A DNA stretch of 63,486 nucleotides, counting the filler. It is 4 parts of 4 records of this genome, joined end to end, with 100 filler letters (N's around TTAATTAATTAA, not from the genome) between each part and the next. Parts side by side here need not be neighbours in the genome. Positions count along the whole stretch, not along the records: positions 40,859 to 57,015 come from SRR20825019_1849; 3 more parts are not named here. One strand, given 5' to 3'. The notes beneath the pieces are model-generated. The model searched no databases. It saw nothing but the letters and a program-made list of their open reading frames with translations, and was not told the origin of the DNA. Positions within the stretch are counted from its first letter, which is position 1, and each line of letters starts with the position of its first letter. The translations under genes and the position numbers were made by a program. Below, one piece after another: positions 44,432-55,368 of the stretch.

Positions 44432-45928
44432 TTATCGGCCGGACTTGAGCCAGCCTGTCCATCTCCAGCTTGCATAAAGAACGCCCAGATAAATCAGTGC
44501 ACCCACCAGAACCTGCATCGCCATTTGCGAATAGGCCGGCATGTGAGCCTCGGTGGGCCAGTGAGCAAGGGACGAAACGCCGACGAACATCACGGCGGCC
44601 GCCAGCATGATGAGACCACTATTGGCGGAGATCCCCATCCAGTCGAGCTTTCCGTAGCGTATTTGGAACCAGACCGACAGCGCCCCCGCGAAGGCAGCCG
44701 CCACGCATTGCCCGAGCGCCGCATACACAAGCCCAAAGGGTGCGAGAACCACGATCATAAGGATCGAGGCGAAGCTGATGAACAGCGACAATGGCCAAAG
44801 CCGTTTGACCTCGCCGCGAACCGCCAGTAGCGGCTCCGTTACATATCCCTGGAACATCAGGAGCTGGCGGATCGCGAGGATTTTGACGACCAGTGCCACC
44901 GGCGCCCAGGCTGCCCCGAGGGCAATGTCCACCAGATTCCCGGCGACGAGAACCAGACCGAGATAAACGGGTGCTGCGATGGCGAAAAGAACTGGGAGGA
45001 AAAAGCTGCCGGCACGGGTGACCGGATCAACTGCCGTGGCAGGAGCGTTCCGGCTGTTTGCGCGGCGAAAAACAACCCAGGCAAGCAGTCTGGCCGGCTC
45101 GCCAACCAGTTCCGAGAAGGCGGCCACGATCCTCTCCGCCGCCCGGTAGTAGCCAGCATCCGCAAGGCCGAGCAAGCCGCCGACCGCCAGCGTGCCGGAA
45201 TAGGATCGCGCAAAGACGATGATCCGAACACTCAGAATATAGCGCGCGAAGTGGATCACCTCGGCGAACACCGCACGGCTCGGGATTTTCGGTGCGATCC
45301 AGCCGATCACCCAGACCCCGCCAAGGACACTCAAGATGTGCGTGGCCAGCCGCCCGACCACGAGTGCGGCGATGTTCCACCCGGCCCAAAGGCCAAACAG
45401 TGTTATCGCAAGCCCCACCGTTTCCGCAAAAATGCGGATCACCGCCTGTCTGTTGAGAAGATTCCGGTGTACCAGCATTCCGTCGTACACCGCGTTGAGT
45501 GCCGCAGGTGTAAACCAGAGCGCAAACAGCGCGAAGAGCCATGCCTGCCAGGCCGGGAACCAGAAGGCGCCCACGAGAACAACCAAAGTCAGCCCGGCAG
45601 CGGTGAAACCACAGCCGCTGGCAAGCGCAATCGCAGTGAGTTGCGGCAATCGCTGCTCACCATGATCGGCGCGCATGATGAATTCCGCCCATCCTCCTTC
45701 GCTCACGACGACAAAGAGGAAGGCGATGGCTGACACAAACGCAAAAAAGCCGAACTCGGCCGGCGAAAGAACACGGGCAGCGGCCACAAAGGCCGCCAGT
45801 TGCGCGACCTGCGAAAAGAGCCGCGCCACCATGACCCACACGCCACCGCCGAGGAGCGTCGAGACCGACAATCCGAAAAATCCACCCGGTTGTGTATCAT
45901 GTTGCGGTGGTTTGTGATCCGGTTTCAC
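44432..45928 (-). CDS. Polysaccharide flippase (Wzx/PST family)
   Basis: W....R...Q.......AR.LSPAEFG N-terminal signature, GYYRAA, 12-14 TM segments. GTG start with purine-rich RBS. Confidence 0.88.
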   Translation of the reverse strand: MKPDHKPPQHDTQPGGFFGLSVSTLLGGGVWVMVARLFSQVAQLAAFVAAARVLSPAEFGFFAFVSAIAFLFVVVSEGGWAEFIMRADHGEQRLPQLTAIALASGCGFTAAGLTLVVLVGAFWFPAWQAWLFALFALWFTPAALNAVYDGMLVHRNLLNRQAVIRIFAETVGLAITLFGLWAGWNIAALVVGRLATHILSVLGGVWVIGWIAPKIPSRAVFAEVIHFARYILSVRIIVFARSYSGTLAVGGLLGLADAGYYRAAERIVAAFSELVGEPARLLAWVVFRRANSRNAPATAVDPVTRAGSFFLPVLFAIAAPVYLGLVLVAGNLVDIALGAAWAPVALVVKILAIRQLLMFQGYVTEPLLAVRGEVKRLWPLSLFISFASILMIVVLAPFGLVYAALGQCVAAAFAGALSVWFQIRYGKLDWMGISANSGLIMLAAAVMFVGVSSLAHWPTEAHMPAYSQMAMQVLVGALIYLGVLYASWRWTGWLKSGR

Positions 45929-46332
45929 GTTGCCTTCCCCCCTGCCGCTATTCACCTGTGCCGGCGCTTCCGCTACGATTTCCTCTGGAACACTGATGAT
46001 TCGTCGTCCTTGACGATGGGGTTCATGAGTGTGCGGCCGTGTGGATGACGAGGCTCGATACGGCCTAATGCCCGATGCGGGGACGCGAATTTGTGTGTTT
46101 TCCCTAGTCTGGTTTCCAGTTTCGATGCTTTGTGGCGGACAATGAGCAGCCAGTGCGAGATGCAAGCAAACAAGACCAGTTGAACCATGGTTTCCTTGCG
46201 CGGCCGTTCAAGGCAATCAGCGCCAAGGTTTCAATACGCTGGTTCGTTGTTGTTTTCTGCCTCGTCGTCTGGCTGGCCGTTTTGCTGTTCTTCCTTTTCT
46301 AGAGGGTCATCCTCTCTGCGCCTTACCTTTCG

Positions 46333-47010
46333 TCAGCAGCCATTGCGGTCGAACAGAAAGACACCGACGGTGCGCCAGACAATCTTCAGATCGAGCCAAG
46401 TCGTGCGGTCGTGAAAATACTGGACATCGAGTTGAACCCGCTCGGCGTAAGACGTGTCGCTGCGTCCTGACACCTGCCAAAGACCGGTGATGCCGGGTTT
46501 CATCAACAGATAATCGTTTATCCGCTCTCCATAGCGTACCATCTCGTCCTCGACGATCGGGCGCGGACCGACCACACTCATCTCACCGCGCAGCACGTTC
46601 ACGAACTGCGGCAACTCATCGAGACTCGACATCCGCAGAAGATGGCCGATGGGATGAATGCGCGGATCGTTACGCAGCTTCTGACAGGCGCGCCATTCCT
46701 GGAGAAGAACCGGGTTCTGGTCGAGTAGCTCTCTGAGCAAGCGATCCGCATCGCGTCGCATGGTGCGAAACTTCAAGCAGTCGAACACCTTGCCGTCGCG
46801 TCCGATCCGCTTCTGCCGATAAAAGACAGGCCGTCCGTCGCTGATCAGAATGCCAAGAGAAATGAGCGCAATCGCAGGGAGAAGAATGATGAGCACGAGG
46901 ATGCTGAATGCAACATCGAACGTTCTCTTCAAAATGACGTAAGAGCGGAAATGCCTGACTTTCCGCAGCTCCAGTCCCTGCTTTACGGAATCATCATATG
47001 CGTACAGCAT
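46333..47010 (-). CDS. Priming glycosyl-phosphotransferase (ExoY/WcaJ-like)
   Basis: [61 protein letters not shown]. Confidence 0.95.
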   Translation of the reverse strand: MLYAYDDSVKQGLELRKVRHFRSYVILKRTFDVAFSILVLIILLPAIALISLGILISDGRPVFYRQKRIGRDGKVFDCLKFRTMRRDADRLLRELLDQNPVLLQEWRACQKLRNDPRIHPIGHLLRMSSLDELPQFVNVLRGEMSVVGPRPIVEDEMVRYGERINDYLLMKPGITGLWQVSGRSDTSYAERVQLDVQYFHDRTTWLDLKIVWRTVGVFLFDRNGC

Positions 47011-47212
47011 GAACCCGCCCCTGGGTGTTTTGTTTGCCTCGCCGTCGATCATTATAAGGCCCCGCAAAGCCCGTGATATAACTCCATCGGGGTATTGGGC
47101 GGGGCCATTTAGGTGCAATCCACCGCACAATCGAACCATGACTACCCCTGCAGCGCAGCCGGACTAACCGGCTTCATTTGACTGGCTGGCTGCGTGGCCA
47201 AAAGCATTAGAA

Positions 47213-48517
47213 TCAAGCCCCGGCTTCCCGGGCGGTGCCGGCTGTTCCGAAAGCTTGCGCACCCGTTCGCTCTTTCGGCGCCTGCGTCGGCGCCCGTGCC
47301 TTGATCGCGTCATCCAGAATCCTGGCATAGAGAGCCAACAGCGCCTCCAGCCAGCTCTCCGTCGTGTTGGCGAGATGCGGCGCGCATGAGCGGGCTCTTT
47401 CACTCATCGCCAAGACCAGATCGTCGTCGTCGGCCAATCGGCGCAGCTTGGCAGCCAGAGCCTCGATGCCCCCCGTGGGAAACGTGAATGCCGCGCCTGC
47501 CTCCGCCAGTTCAGCAGCCAACAAAGCATGGGACGGAAGCACCACCGGGATGCCGCTCCCCACCGCCTCCAGCGCGGCAAGGCCAAACGGCTCGGGTACC
47601 CGTGAAGAGATAATGACGCATCGTGCATCGCGCAGGCGGTCCGCCATCTGGGCACGATTGCACCAACCATGAAGCGTCACCTCCGGATAGCGTTCCTCAA
47701 GAAGCGCACGGCCAGCGCCCTCGCCGATCACTTGCAGGGGAACGCCGGCGAGGCGCGCGGCCCGTGCTGCGTCTTCGAATCCCTTCTCCGGCTCCAGCCG
47801 GCCGATAAAGAAGAAATCGTGTTTTGTGTGCGGCTGGGTCCTTGAAGACAGAAACGGCGCGACCGGGTTGCGGATGGTTGCCATGCGACTGTCGTCAATT
47901 CCAGCGCGTTTGAAGAAGCCCCGCATCTGCTCATGCACCAGGACGATATTGGCGGGCCGGCTGCGCAGTGCGAAGAAGCGCTGCATCAGCAGGTGCCGCG
48001 TGGAGCGCCAGGCCTTCTGATGATAGCCACGCTTGTCGCATTGGGTTGTCAGGCAGCGAAGCGACATGGGATCGAGGGTGCAAATGGACGATGCCGGATA
48101 GTTGATGAAGCCGCCATTGGGACAGGCGAGAAAATAATCATGTGCATGCAGCACCACCCGCTCGCGCACGGGCATCAGGGCGCGAAAGATGGATGGCGAC
48201 AGAATCTTGGACCATCCATGCACGTGATAGATGGTCGAAGGTTTGTCGTGTCCGGCGACCCAGCCCCTCAGGGTTTTGTAGGCATCCCGGTTATAAAGCC
48301 CGCCCGCAAGGGCAGACAGACGCCCACGCTCAACGAGCGGCTTTCCATTGAGATGAATCGCTTGCGGCTGCGTCATTCCTGAAGGTTCATCGCCAGCAAA
48401 AAAGGTTACCGGCACGCCGGCCTCACGCAGTATCCGCGCAGCCAGACAGGACAGGTTCGACGCCCCGCCAATCTCCGCCGACCGATCATTAATGAGGACA
48501 ACCCGCCCCGGACGCAT
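47213..48517 (-). CDS. Glycosyltransferase family 4
   Basis: HAHDY..ACP, FIGRLEPEKG, EPFGLAALEAVGSGIP. Confidence 0.9.
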   Translation of the reverse strand: MRPGRVVLINDRSAEIGGASNLSCLAARILREAGVPVTFFAGDEPSGMTQPQAIHLNGKPLVERGRLSALAGGLYNRDAYKTLRGWVAGHDKPSTIYHVHGWSKILSPSIFRALMPVRERVVLHAHDYFLACPNGGFINYPASSICTLDPMSLRCLTTQCDKRGYHQKAWRSTRHLLMQRFFALRSRPANIVLVHEQMRGFFKRAGIDDSRMATIRNPVAPFLSSRTQPHTKHDFFFIGRLEPEKGFEDAARAARLAGVPLQVIGEGAGRALLEERYPEVTLHGWCNRAQMADRLRDARCVIISSRVPEPFGLAALEAVGSGIPVVLPSHALLAAELAEAGAAFTFPTGGIEALAAKLRRLADDDDLVLAMSERARSCAPHLANTTESWLEALLALYARILDDAIKARAPTQAPKERTGAQAFGTAGTAREAGA

Positions 48518-48525
48518 GATCCCCC

Positions 48526-49440
48526 CTATTCCAGAACGGTCACGTTCCGGGGTGAGAGGCGACCGCGCACCAGGTCACCGACGGCCCGCATATTGCCGAG
48601 AAGCCGGCCGCGCCGATCCACCCATGGTTCGGGCCGGATAAACTTGACGGCGTTGGCTACGAGATTGCGCATGATCTGCGGAGCGGCATGACGCGGGCTC
48701 ATGGTCTTCTTGCTCATCAGATAAACGGGATTGGCAATCTGCGAATAACCCAGCCGGAGGCCGGAGGTCCGCCCTGACTTGGTGCCCAGATGAACACCGT
48801 GGAGGCGTTCAGAACTTACAATCCGTCCGTGTCGCGCAAGCTGCCTGCTGAAGTCCACGTCCTCGAGCCAGCCATAGAGTGGCAGGTTTTCGTCAAACCG
48901 AAGGCCATATCCGCGGACGGTCGACAGGCGCACCGCCATATTGCAACCGTAACCGCTATAGACCTGCTTTTCGCGACCAGTGGGTGTGGTCTTCGAATGC
49001 GAACGGATGATGCGCAAACCATCTTCGAGCGGGATCCCCGGCCCGAGAATGCCATCGGCATCGACCGTACCTGTGCTCATGACGACGTCGGGGTAGGATC
49101 GGAAGATGCGCACGGTCTCTTCCAGATAGTTCGGTGCGATGAGGAAATCATCGTCGAGAAAAAGCAGAATGTCGACGTCTTCCATGTCCTGGAGAATGCG
49201 ATTTCGCTGCCGGCATAGCCCCCGTTCGGCGAACACGATGCGTGTGCGATCAAGCAATGCGCCCAACGCACCGGCGTCCACGTCATCACGGTCTGCCGCG
49301 CATATGACGATGCAATCGGCCAGACGCGACTGATCCAGCAGATGCGGCACCACCGAATGAAGTATTCTCCTGCGCCCGGTGGTGGCGATGCCGACTGCTA
49401 TGCGAAGATCGGTCCGGCCCGGATAACGTTCAAACGGCAT
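48526..49440 (-). CDS. Glycosyltransferase family 2
   Basis: GIATTGR, GLCRQRN, FLDDD, GCNMA, FDENL..YGWLEDVDF. Start overlaps the wzc-like stop. Confidence 0.9.
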   Translation of the reverse strand: MPFERYPGRTDLRIAVGIATTGRRRILHSVVPHLLDQSRLADCIVICAADRDDVDAGALGALLDRTRIVFAERGLCRQRNRILQDMEDVDILLFLDDDFLIAPNYLEETVRIFRSYPDVVMSTGTVDADGILGPGIPLEDGLRIIRSHSKTTPTGREKQVYSGYGCNMAVRLSTVRGYGLRFDENLPLYGWLEDVDFSRQLARHGRIVSSERLHGVHLGTKSGRTSGLRLGYSQIANPVYLMSKKTMSPRHAAPQIMRNLVANAVKFIRPEPWVDRRGRLLGNMRAVGDLVRGRLSPRNVTVLE

Positions 49441-51697
49441 GACGGCCTCCCGCTTCGAGCCGGTTTCTCCCCATCGCAGGCCACCACTGTCGGGTTTTGC
49501 GCTTGTTGAAGACGACACCCAGAATTCCAACACGGGATTTGCCGAATGTCGCGAGTGCGCTCGCCAGCCATTCGACGGTCATCTTGCGCCGGTTGCCGAG
49601 AACCAGAAGGATACCGTCAAGATGGGCGCTGGCTGCCCGCGTGTCTGCCGATGTGGCGAAGGTCGAGAGATCGACGATGATGACATCGTAGTTCTGGCGG
49701 AGTTCCTCGATCTTTTTCCTGAGAGCCGGCAGATGCCCAAAGCGATGTCCCGGATGCGCAGCTTTTCGGATCTGCTCCACGGTAAGCACCGGGAGGATCA
49801 ACCCATCCTCCATCGGAGTCTGCTTTTCCTTCCTGCGTTTCTCAGGTGGTGGGTCACCGGGCTGTTCGTCACCGTGATAAACGGAAAGGCCAGCTTTTGG
49901 CCCGGAATTTGCCGCCTGCAAGCTCAGGAACGGATTCCGGAAATTTGCATCGACGAGTACCACACGCAGCCCCTCATTGGCATAGAGCTGGCCCAGATTG
50001 GCCGCGATGGTGCTCTTTCCTTCGTCGCCGCTGACTGAAGTGAGCCCCACGACGATCGGCCCACCTGAAGGAAATGCCGCGTCAATAGAGCTCTTCACGC
50101 CACGCAGCGCCTCGGAGAAACCTGAATAGGGTGCGTCCAGCACGAACCGAAGGGCGCCCTTGCTGCCGGGCAGCTGAAAGCGGGTGAAGGGAACATGGCC
50201 AAGTGTCGGCAGGCCCAGTTCACGGCTCAGACGCTCGCCCGAACTGATGCGTCGGTCGAGCACATCGCGCAGGCCCGCAAGCCCCAGACCGCCGGCAAAA
50301 CCGAGCATCAGGGCCATGGGGATGATGAGCGTGGTTTTCGGCCAGTTCTTCGCAAGCGGGGGTGTCGCCGCCGTCACCATGCGGGCATCACCGATGGGGA
50401 AGGATTGCTTCTGCAGTGTCGTGATGAGTTGCTGAAGGACGCTTTCATACATGCGCCTATAGGTGGTTGCCCGGCTTTCGAGCTCAGTAAGCTGAACACG
50501 TGCCAGGTTCTTTTCGGTGACACTGCCCTTGATCGCCTGAAGCTGCTCCCTGAGCAGTTCCTCGCGGGCCTGCGCGGTGTCGAGATTGGATTTGTAGACA
50601 CCTTGAATGCGAACGAGTTCGGTGTTGATTTGCGCTTCCAGCCGCGCGATCTCCGACTTTGCCGCCAGGGTCGGTTCACTATTGGAGCCATAGCGGGTCT
50701 GCAAGGTCTCAAGCCGCGTACGCGCCGCTCCGAGTTCCGCTCTCAGACGGTTGATTTCGGTGTTGCTCAACGCATCGCCTACATAACTGTCAGGCAGTTC
50801 CCCGGCCAGCATGCGGTTGATTGTGGCAAGCCGCGCCTCCTCGCCTGCGGTCGCAGCCTGCGCCGCCAGCAACTGGCTGCTGATCTCGGCTAGCTGCTGC
50901 TGATCAAGGCCAGAGGAACCGACCTGGGCGATATCGTTACTGTTCCTGTATTGCTCGGCACTGAGAGCGGCTTCCTGTGCTTGTCGTCCAATCTCCACGA
51001 GCCGATCCTCGATCCATTGCGCTCCGCGCGCGATGATCTGCGATTTGGCATCGAGACTTGACTGCATGTAGGTGTTGGCGATGGCATTTGCGGCGCGCGC
51101 TGCCTTGCCCGGGTCGGTGGAGGTGTAGCCGATTTCAAGGACATAGGACTGCCCCACGCGGCGCACGGATACGCGTCCCAGGAAACCCGCCATGGTGCGC
51201 CGCATGATCTCTTCTTCGTTCGGCTCGCCCGCCATCTCCGCCCCGTCCTCTGTCGCCGGGTCGAATAAGGAGAGCGTCGCTGCAAGCGCGCCGCGCACGA
51301 CCGATCGCCAGGAACTGCTCGTCTGGATCTCAGGGTCTTCGGTCAGATTGAGCTGCCTGATCACCGAGCGGGCAATCGCCTCCGATTTGACGATCTCGAC
51401 CTCGCTGGCAATTTCCGCGGTTTCGATGATGATGGTGCCGGTGGAAGCGTCCTGCGATGCGATACGCGCCTGCTCGCGATCGATGACGATGCGGGCGATG
51501 GAGGTATAGGTAGGTTCCGTATTTGCGATGTAGAGCGCGCCAAGCGCCACGCCGGCGGCCGACGCAAGGGCAAGGACCAGAAAGTGCCTTTGCAGGAAGG
51601 CCCAGATATCGCGAAAGGAAATATAGTCCTCATGCCGCCCGCTTTCCCTGGACGCCATCTCCGTCCCGGTCAGCCTCCTGATTTCCTGAACCACCAT
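49430..51697 (-). CDS. Polysaccharide co-polymerase / BY-kinase (Wzc/ExoP-like)
   Basis: Two TM segments flank a coiled-coil periplasmic region; FSEALR, Walker A GDEGKST, VLVDAN.RNP, YDVIIVD. Confidence 0.92.
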   Translation of the reverse strand: MVVQEIRRLTGTEMASRESGRHEDYISFRDIWAFLQRHFLVLALASAAGVALGALYIANTEPTYTSIARIVIDREQARIASQDASTGTIIIETAEIASEVEIVKSEAIARSVIRQLNLTEDPEIQTSSSWRSVVRGALAATLSLFDPATEDGAEMAGEPNEEEIMRRTMAGFLGRVSVRRVGQSYVLEIGYTSTDPGKAARAANAIANTYMQSSLDAKSQIIARGAQWIEDRLVEIGRQAQEAALSAEQYRNSNDIAQVGSSGLDQQQLAEISSQLLAAQAATAGEEARLATINRMLAGELPDSYVGDALSNTEINRLRAELGAARTRLETLQTRYGSNSEPTLAAKSEIARLEAQINTELVRIQGVYKSNLDTAQAREELLREQLQAIKGSVTEKNLARVQLTELESRATTYRRMYESVLQQLITTLQKQSFPIGDARMVTAATPPLAKNWPKTTLIIPMALMLGFAGGLGLAGLRDVLDRRISSGERLSRELGLPTLGHVPFTRFQLPGSKGALRFVLDAPYSGFSEALRGVKSSIDAAFPSGGPIVVGLTSVSGDEGKSTIAANLGQLYANEGLRVVLVDANFRNPFLSLQAANSGPKAGLSVYHGDEQPGDPPPEKRRKEKQTPMEDGLILPVLTVEQIRKAAHPGHRFGHLPALRKKIEELRQNYDVIIVDLSTFATSADTRAASAHLDGILLVLGNRRKMTVEWLASALATFGKSRVGILGVVFNKRKTRQWWPAMGRNRLEAGGRHAV

Positions 51698-51729
51698 GGT
51701 TTGCCCCGCCCGTCTGGCTGTAAAATTCT

Positions 51730-53061
51730 CTAACGCGACCGCGCCTGTCTCATTTCGGTTTCAAGAGAAGCGCGCGGCATCGAGGCGCGCAGCAGATCCA
51801 GCTGCACGTCCAGGACATCACCGGGTTCGAGCCCGGACGTTTCAAGCGCGTCCACACGCTTTTTGTCACTACCGCCGCGCAGGATGCTGAACCGCAGCGG
51901 CTGCTGCTCGAACGCCCTGTCCTCACGACGCAGGATCGACGCCCCGGTTGCCTGAAGAAGCTGCTCCGTCATTCCACGGCGCAGTTCCAGGTCGTCGATT
52001 TCCAGGTTGACCCTTTGCAGCTCGGCGCCGATTTCCGTGCGCCGCGAGCCTTCGAGACTGAGCGCATCACGATCGGTTTCACTCAATCTCTGCCGGGCGC
52101 GCATCGAGGCCACCGCAAGGTCGAGCCGACTGGACTGCAGGTCGGCCACTATGCGTTCAAGGCCGGTTTCGCGCGATTTCGTGACGGTGCCTCTTTTGAC
52201 CAGTTGAGCGACATTGCCGAGTTCTTCCTCGGCGATTTTTATCTGCCGATCCTGCGCCACCATCTTCTCGCCAAGAATCCGGATTTCCTCACGGAAGAGC
52301 GTACCGAGTTCGTCGAGCGCGTTGCGCTGGCGCTCATAGGCGTTGCGGCGGGCTTCGAATATCGCCCGCTCATCCCGCACGAATTGCGCTGCGTGGCCGG
52401 CCAGGGGGCGTCCCTGCAGCGCTGCATCAAAATCGACACTCTCGCCCTCGATCAGTTCTGTTTCGAGCCGTGCTCTACGGATCGTGAGCTGAAGGAGCTG
52501 AAGATCGATACGTCCGATCTCACCCGCGTAGCGGATCTGCTCGAGTTCGGAATAGCCACCTGCCTGATCAGACCTGCGGACACGGCCGCCGGCCATCGCC
52601 AGAGCCTGCAAAACGTTAAGCCCCGGCTTAAACTCAAACTCTCCCGGCCGTTCCACACTCCCGGTGACGAATACAGGCGGGTAACGCACCACTTCCACCG
52701 TGGTGGCGGGCGGCGCAATCAGTCCTGTTCTCTTTTGAAGTGCTGCCGCGATTTCACCGGCAAGCTCCTGAGAGGTTTTGCCATCCGCCTTGAGCTGGCC
52801 CACCAAGGGAAGAGCTACCATGCCTGCAGGCGAGACAGTGTATTCACCGTTCAGGGCTGTCCATTCCCGATACTCTCCCTGCGCCTCGTCCCATTCCACC
52901 ACGGCAATCTTGACCCGCGTCTGCGCCAGAAGCTTAAACTCATCCTGCGCGCGGACAGCGACACCGCTAACAAGAAAGCAAAGAGTGAACACGAGCGCCG
53001 CAAGCACGAATGATCGTGCTTTGGGGAAGGAAATGGTGAGACCAGCTTTTGCCTGCTTCAT
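51730..53061 (-). CDS. Polysaccharide export protein (OPX, Wza/ExoF-like)
   Basis: Signal peptide, G...LPLVG PES motif, VFVTGSVERPG, ALAMAGG, long coiled coil, LEPGDVL. Confidence 0.9.
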   Translation of the reverse strand: MKQAKAGLTISFPKARSFVLAALVFTLCFLVSGVAVRAQDEFKLLAQTRVKIAVVEWDEAQGEYREWTALNGEYTVSPAGMVALPLVGQLKADGKTSQELAGEIAAALQKRTGLIAPPATTVEVVRYPPVFVTGSVERPGEFEFKPGLNVLQALAMAGGRVRRSDQAGGYSELEQIRYAGEIGRIDLQLLQLTIRRARLETELIEGESVDFDAALQGRPLAGHAAQFVRDERAIFEARRNAYERQRNALDELGTLFREEIRILGEKMVAQDRQIKIAEEELGNVAQLVKRGTVTKSRETGLERIVADLQSSRLDLAVASMRARQRLSETDRDALSLEGSRRTEIGAELQRVNLEIDDLELRRGMTEQLLQATGASILRREDRAFEQQPLRFSILRGGSDKKRVDALETSGLEPGDVLDVQLDLLRASMPRASLETEMRQARSR

Positions 53062-53383
53062 TCTGCCCGTTCCGGAGTGTTCATTGCCTTCGGGAAGACG
53101 CAAAGCCGCCTCCCCTACCATCGATCATCAGCGGAAACGGGGGAAGGTAAATTCAGTTGAAATGGTGTCCGGCTAGTCCCTTTCGCCTAAAGCCTCTAAG
53201 CCCATTGGGCTTTTGACGCAGATTGATTGTCGCACAGGTTTGGGTGACGCCCGATCGGATGACCTCCTAGGCCGTTTGAGCGCACTTCTGCGCCCTTCAG
53301 ACACGGGTTCAACCGTATTGTCGGTGTGCCCTGCTGCGCTTTTTCAAAGCACTATTCCGGAGGGCAAATCCGGGAGAAGCATC

Positions 53384-54580
53384 TTGCGCGTCGCCATCGT
53401 TCACTATTGGCTGGTCTCCATGCGCGGGGGCGAAAAGGTCGTTGAAGCCCTGTGCGACATGTATCCCGAGGCCGACATCTTCACGCTGGTCTATGACGAA
53501 AGGCGGGTGTCGGAGAAGATTCGCAGGCACCGGGTCATCCCCTCCTTTTTGCAGAAGATTCCGGGGGCTCGGCGGCATTATCAGTCACTGCTGCCGCTGA
53601 TGCCATTTGCGTTGGAAAGCCTGGATGTCTCGGGCTACGACCTGATCATTTCCAGCGAATCCGGCCCCGCCAAGGGCATCACGCCCGGGCCGCAGGCAAC
53701 GCATGTGTGTTATTGTCATTCGCCCATGCGCTATGTGTGGGATCACTACCATTTTTATCGGGCCAACGCCGGCCTGCCGACCCGGCTGCTCATGCCGTGG
53801 ATCGCCCCGGCTCTGCGGGCATGGGACGTCACTACCGCTGCACGTGTCGACGCATTTGTTGCCAATTCACGCCATGTGGCCGACCGGATCGGCAAATATT
53901 ACCGACGTCGGGCCATCGTGCTCAATCCACCGGTGAACGTCGATGAATTCGCGCCGGCGACCGAACTGGGCGATTACTATCTCGTTGCCGGTCAACTGGT
54001 TGGCTACAAGCGGGTCGATCTGGCCGTACGCGCGTTCACTCGGATGGACCGCAAGCTTGTTGTCATCGGGGAAGGCCCTGAGATGGCGGCGCTTAAGCGG
54101 CTGGCCGGGCCCAATGTATCGCTTCTGGGCCGGGCGCCCTTCTCACAATTGAAGGATATGCTCGCCCGCTGCAGGGCGCTGGTCTTTCCCGGAACAGAAG
54201 ATTTCGGGATTGTGCCGGTGGAGGCGATGGCGAGCGGCCGGCCGGTAATCGCCCATGCAAGCGGGGGTGTGCTCGATTCGATCGTACCCGACCAGACCGG
54301 GCTCCTGTTCAACGAACAGTCCGAGGCCGGACTCATTGAGGCGGTGCATCGCTTCGAGGCCATGGAAGGGCGTTTCCGTCCCGAAGACATTCGCCGGCAC
54401 GCACAGCAGTTCAGCGATGCCCATTTTAAACAACGGATGCAGCAGATCATCGAGGAGGAGATGGCCAGGCGAAAGCCGGCCCCGGTTTCACTCTCGGGTG
54501 CCGTCCGCAAACAGCCATCGCTGCGTCCCCGCGTCGCCAGGGTCAAACTCCCCGACAGTCATTTGAGAAACGGAGCGTGA
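53384..54580 (+). CDS. Glycosyltransferase family 4 (WbaZ-like)
   Basis: VAIVHYWL..MRGGEKV, YCHSPMRY.WD, YKRVDLA, EDFGIVPVEAMASGRPV. Confidence 0.92.
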   Translation: MRVAIVHYWLVSMRGGEKVVEALCDMYPEADIFTLVYDERRVSEKIRRHRVIPSFLQKIPGARRHYQSLLPLMPFALESLDVSGYDLIISSESGPAKGITPGPQATHVCYCHSPMRYVWDHYHFYRANAGLPTRLLMPWIAPALRAWDVTTAARVDAFVANSRHVADRIGKYYRRRAIVLNPPVNVDEFAPATELGDYYLVAGQLVGYKRVDLAVRAFTRMDRKLVVIGEGPEMAALKRLAGPNVSLLGRAPFSQLKDMLARCRALVFPGTEDFGIVPVEAMASGRPVIAHASGGVLDSIVPDQTGLLFNEQSEAGLIEAVHRFEAMEGRFRPEDIRRHAQQFSDAHFKQRMQQIIEEEMARRKPAPVSLSGAVRKQPSLRPRVARVKLPDSHLRNGA

Positions 54581-54587
54581 CAGAGCC

Positions 54588-54998
54588 ATGTTTTCAGCCT
54601 TGCGTCTACGCAGCGCGGTGCGCGACCATGAAACCGATACATTGCGGTTCAAAACGCTCGCCCACACGCTTGACCTTCTCGACCGGGAATTGCATACCGA
54701 ACGCTGCGGCCTGAAGGAGCGCTGCGAGCGGCTCGCTGCTACAGCGGCGTTCGCGCAGGAGCGCTTTGAGAGTCACGGTAGTGAAAACAAGCTCTCAACG
54801 CGGATCGATGACATGACCCGGTCCATGAAAGACTACACACGGCGAATGAAGGCGCTCCAGCGTCAGATCGAAATCGTCGGGCAGTTGCGCGCGACGGCTT
54901 CAAACTTGATCGAACCCGGGGACACACGAGAAGCGCCCGGCTTGCGGCCTGTTCTCGCACCGGGACCGCAGCCGCTACGCACATGCGTTTCAAAATGA
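54588..54998 (+). CDS. Hypothetical coiled-coil protein
   Basis: 136-aa ORF starting 7 bp after the GT4 stop; heptad-rich. Confidence 0.55.
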   Translation: MFSALRLRSAVRDHETDTLRFKTLAHTLDLLDRELHTERCGLKERCERLAATAAFAQERFESHGSENKLSTRIDDMTRSMKDYTRRMKALQRQIEIVGQLRATASNLIEPGDTREAPGLRPVLAPGPQPLRTCVSK

Positions 54999-55368
54999 TT
55001 AGAAGAGGCCCGCCGGTACGCTGACAAGATGAACGCTGTAACACCTAAGCGCAGGGGATTTGCCCCAACGTTCTATCTGCACGATGCGCCTGGGCTTTTA
55101 TGATTTCCAGCAGTTGGAAAGAATGAGAATCGTCAAAAATGAAACGCTAAGCCACCGCCTTTATTAAGGTTTCCCGGCTTGGCGCGCGCAGAAACGAGGC
55201 TCCGGATCGCCAGTGCGCAAGCCATGGCGAGGGATGTCTCCCGGTTCAGACGGAGAGGAACGGACCGGGAGCGGGGGAGGACACGCGTAAGGATGGACAC
55301 GTCCGGGGCGGGCTGGCCTCGCAGCGGACGGTAGACCACGAAAGGTCGGCGAACCGGGCAGAACTCTG

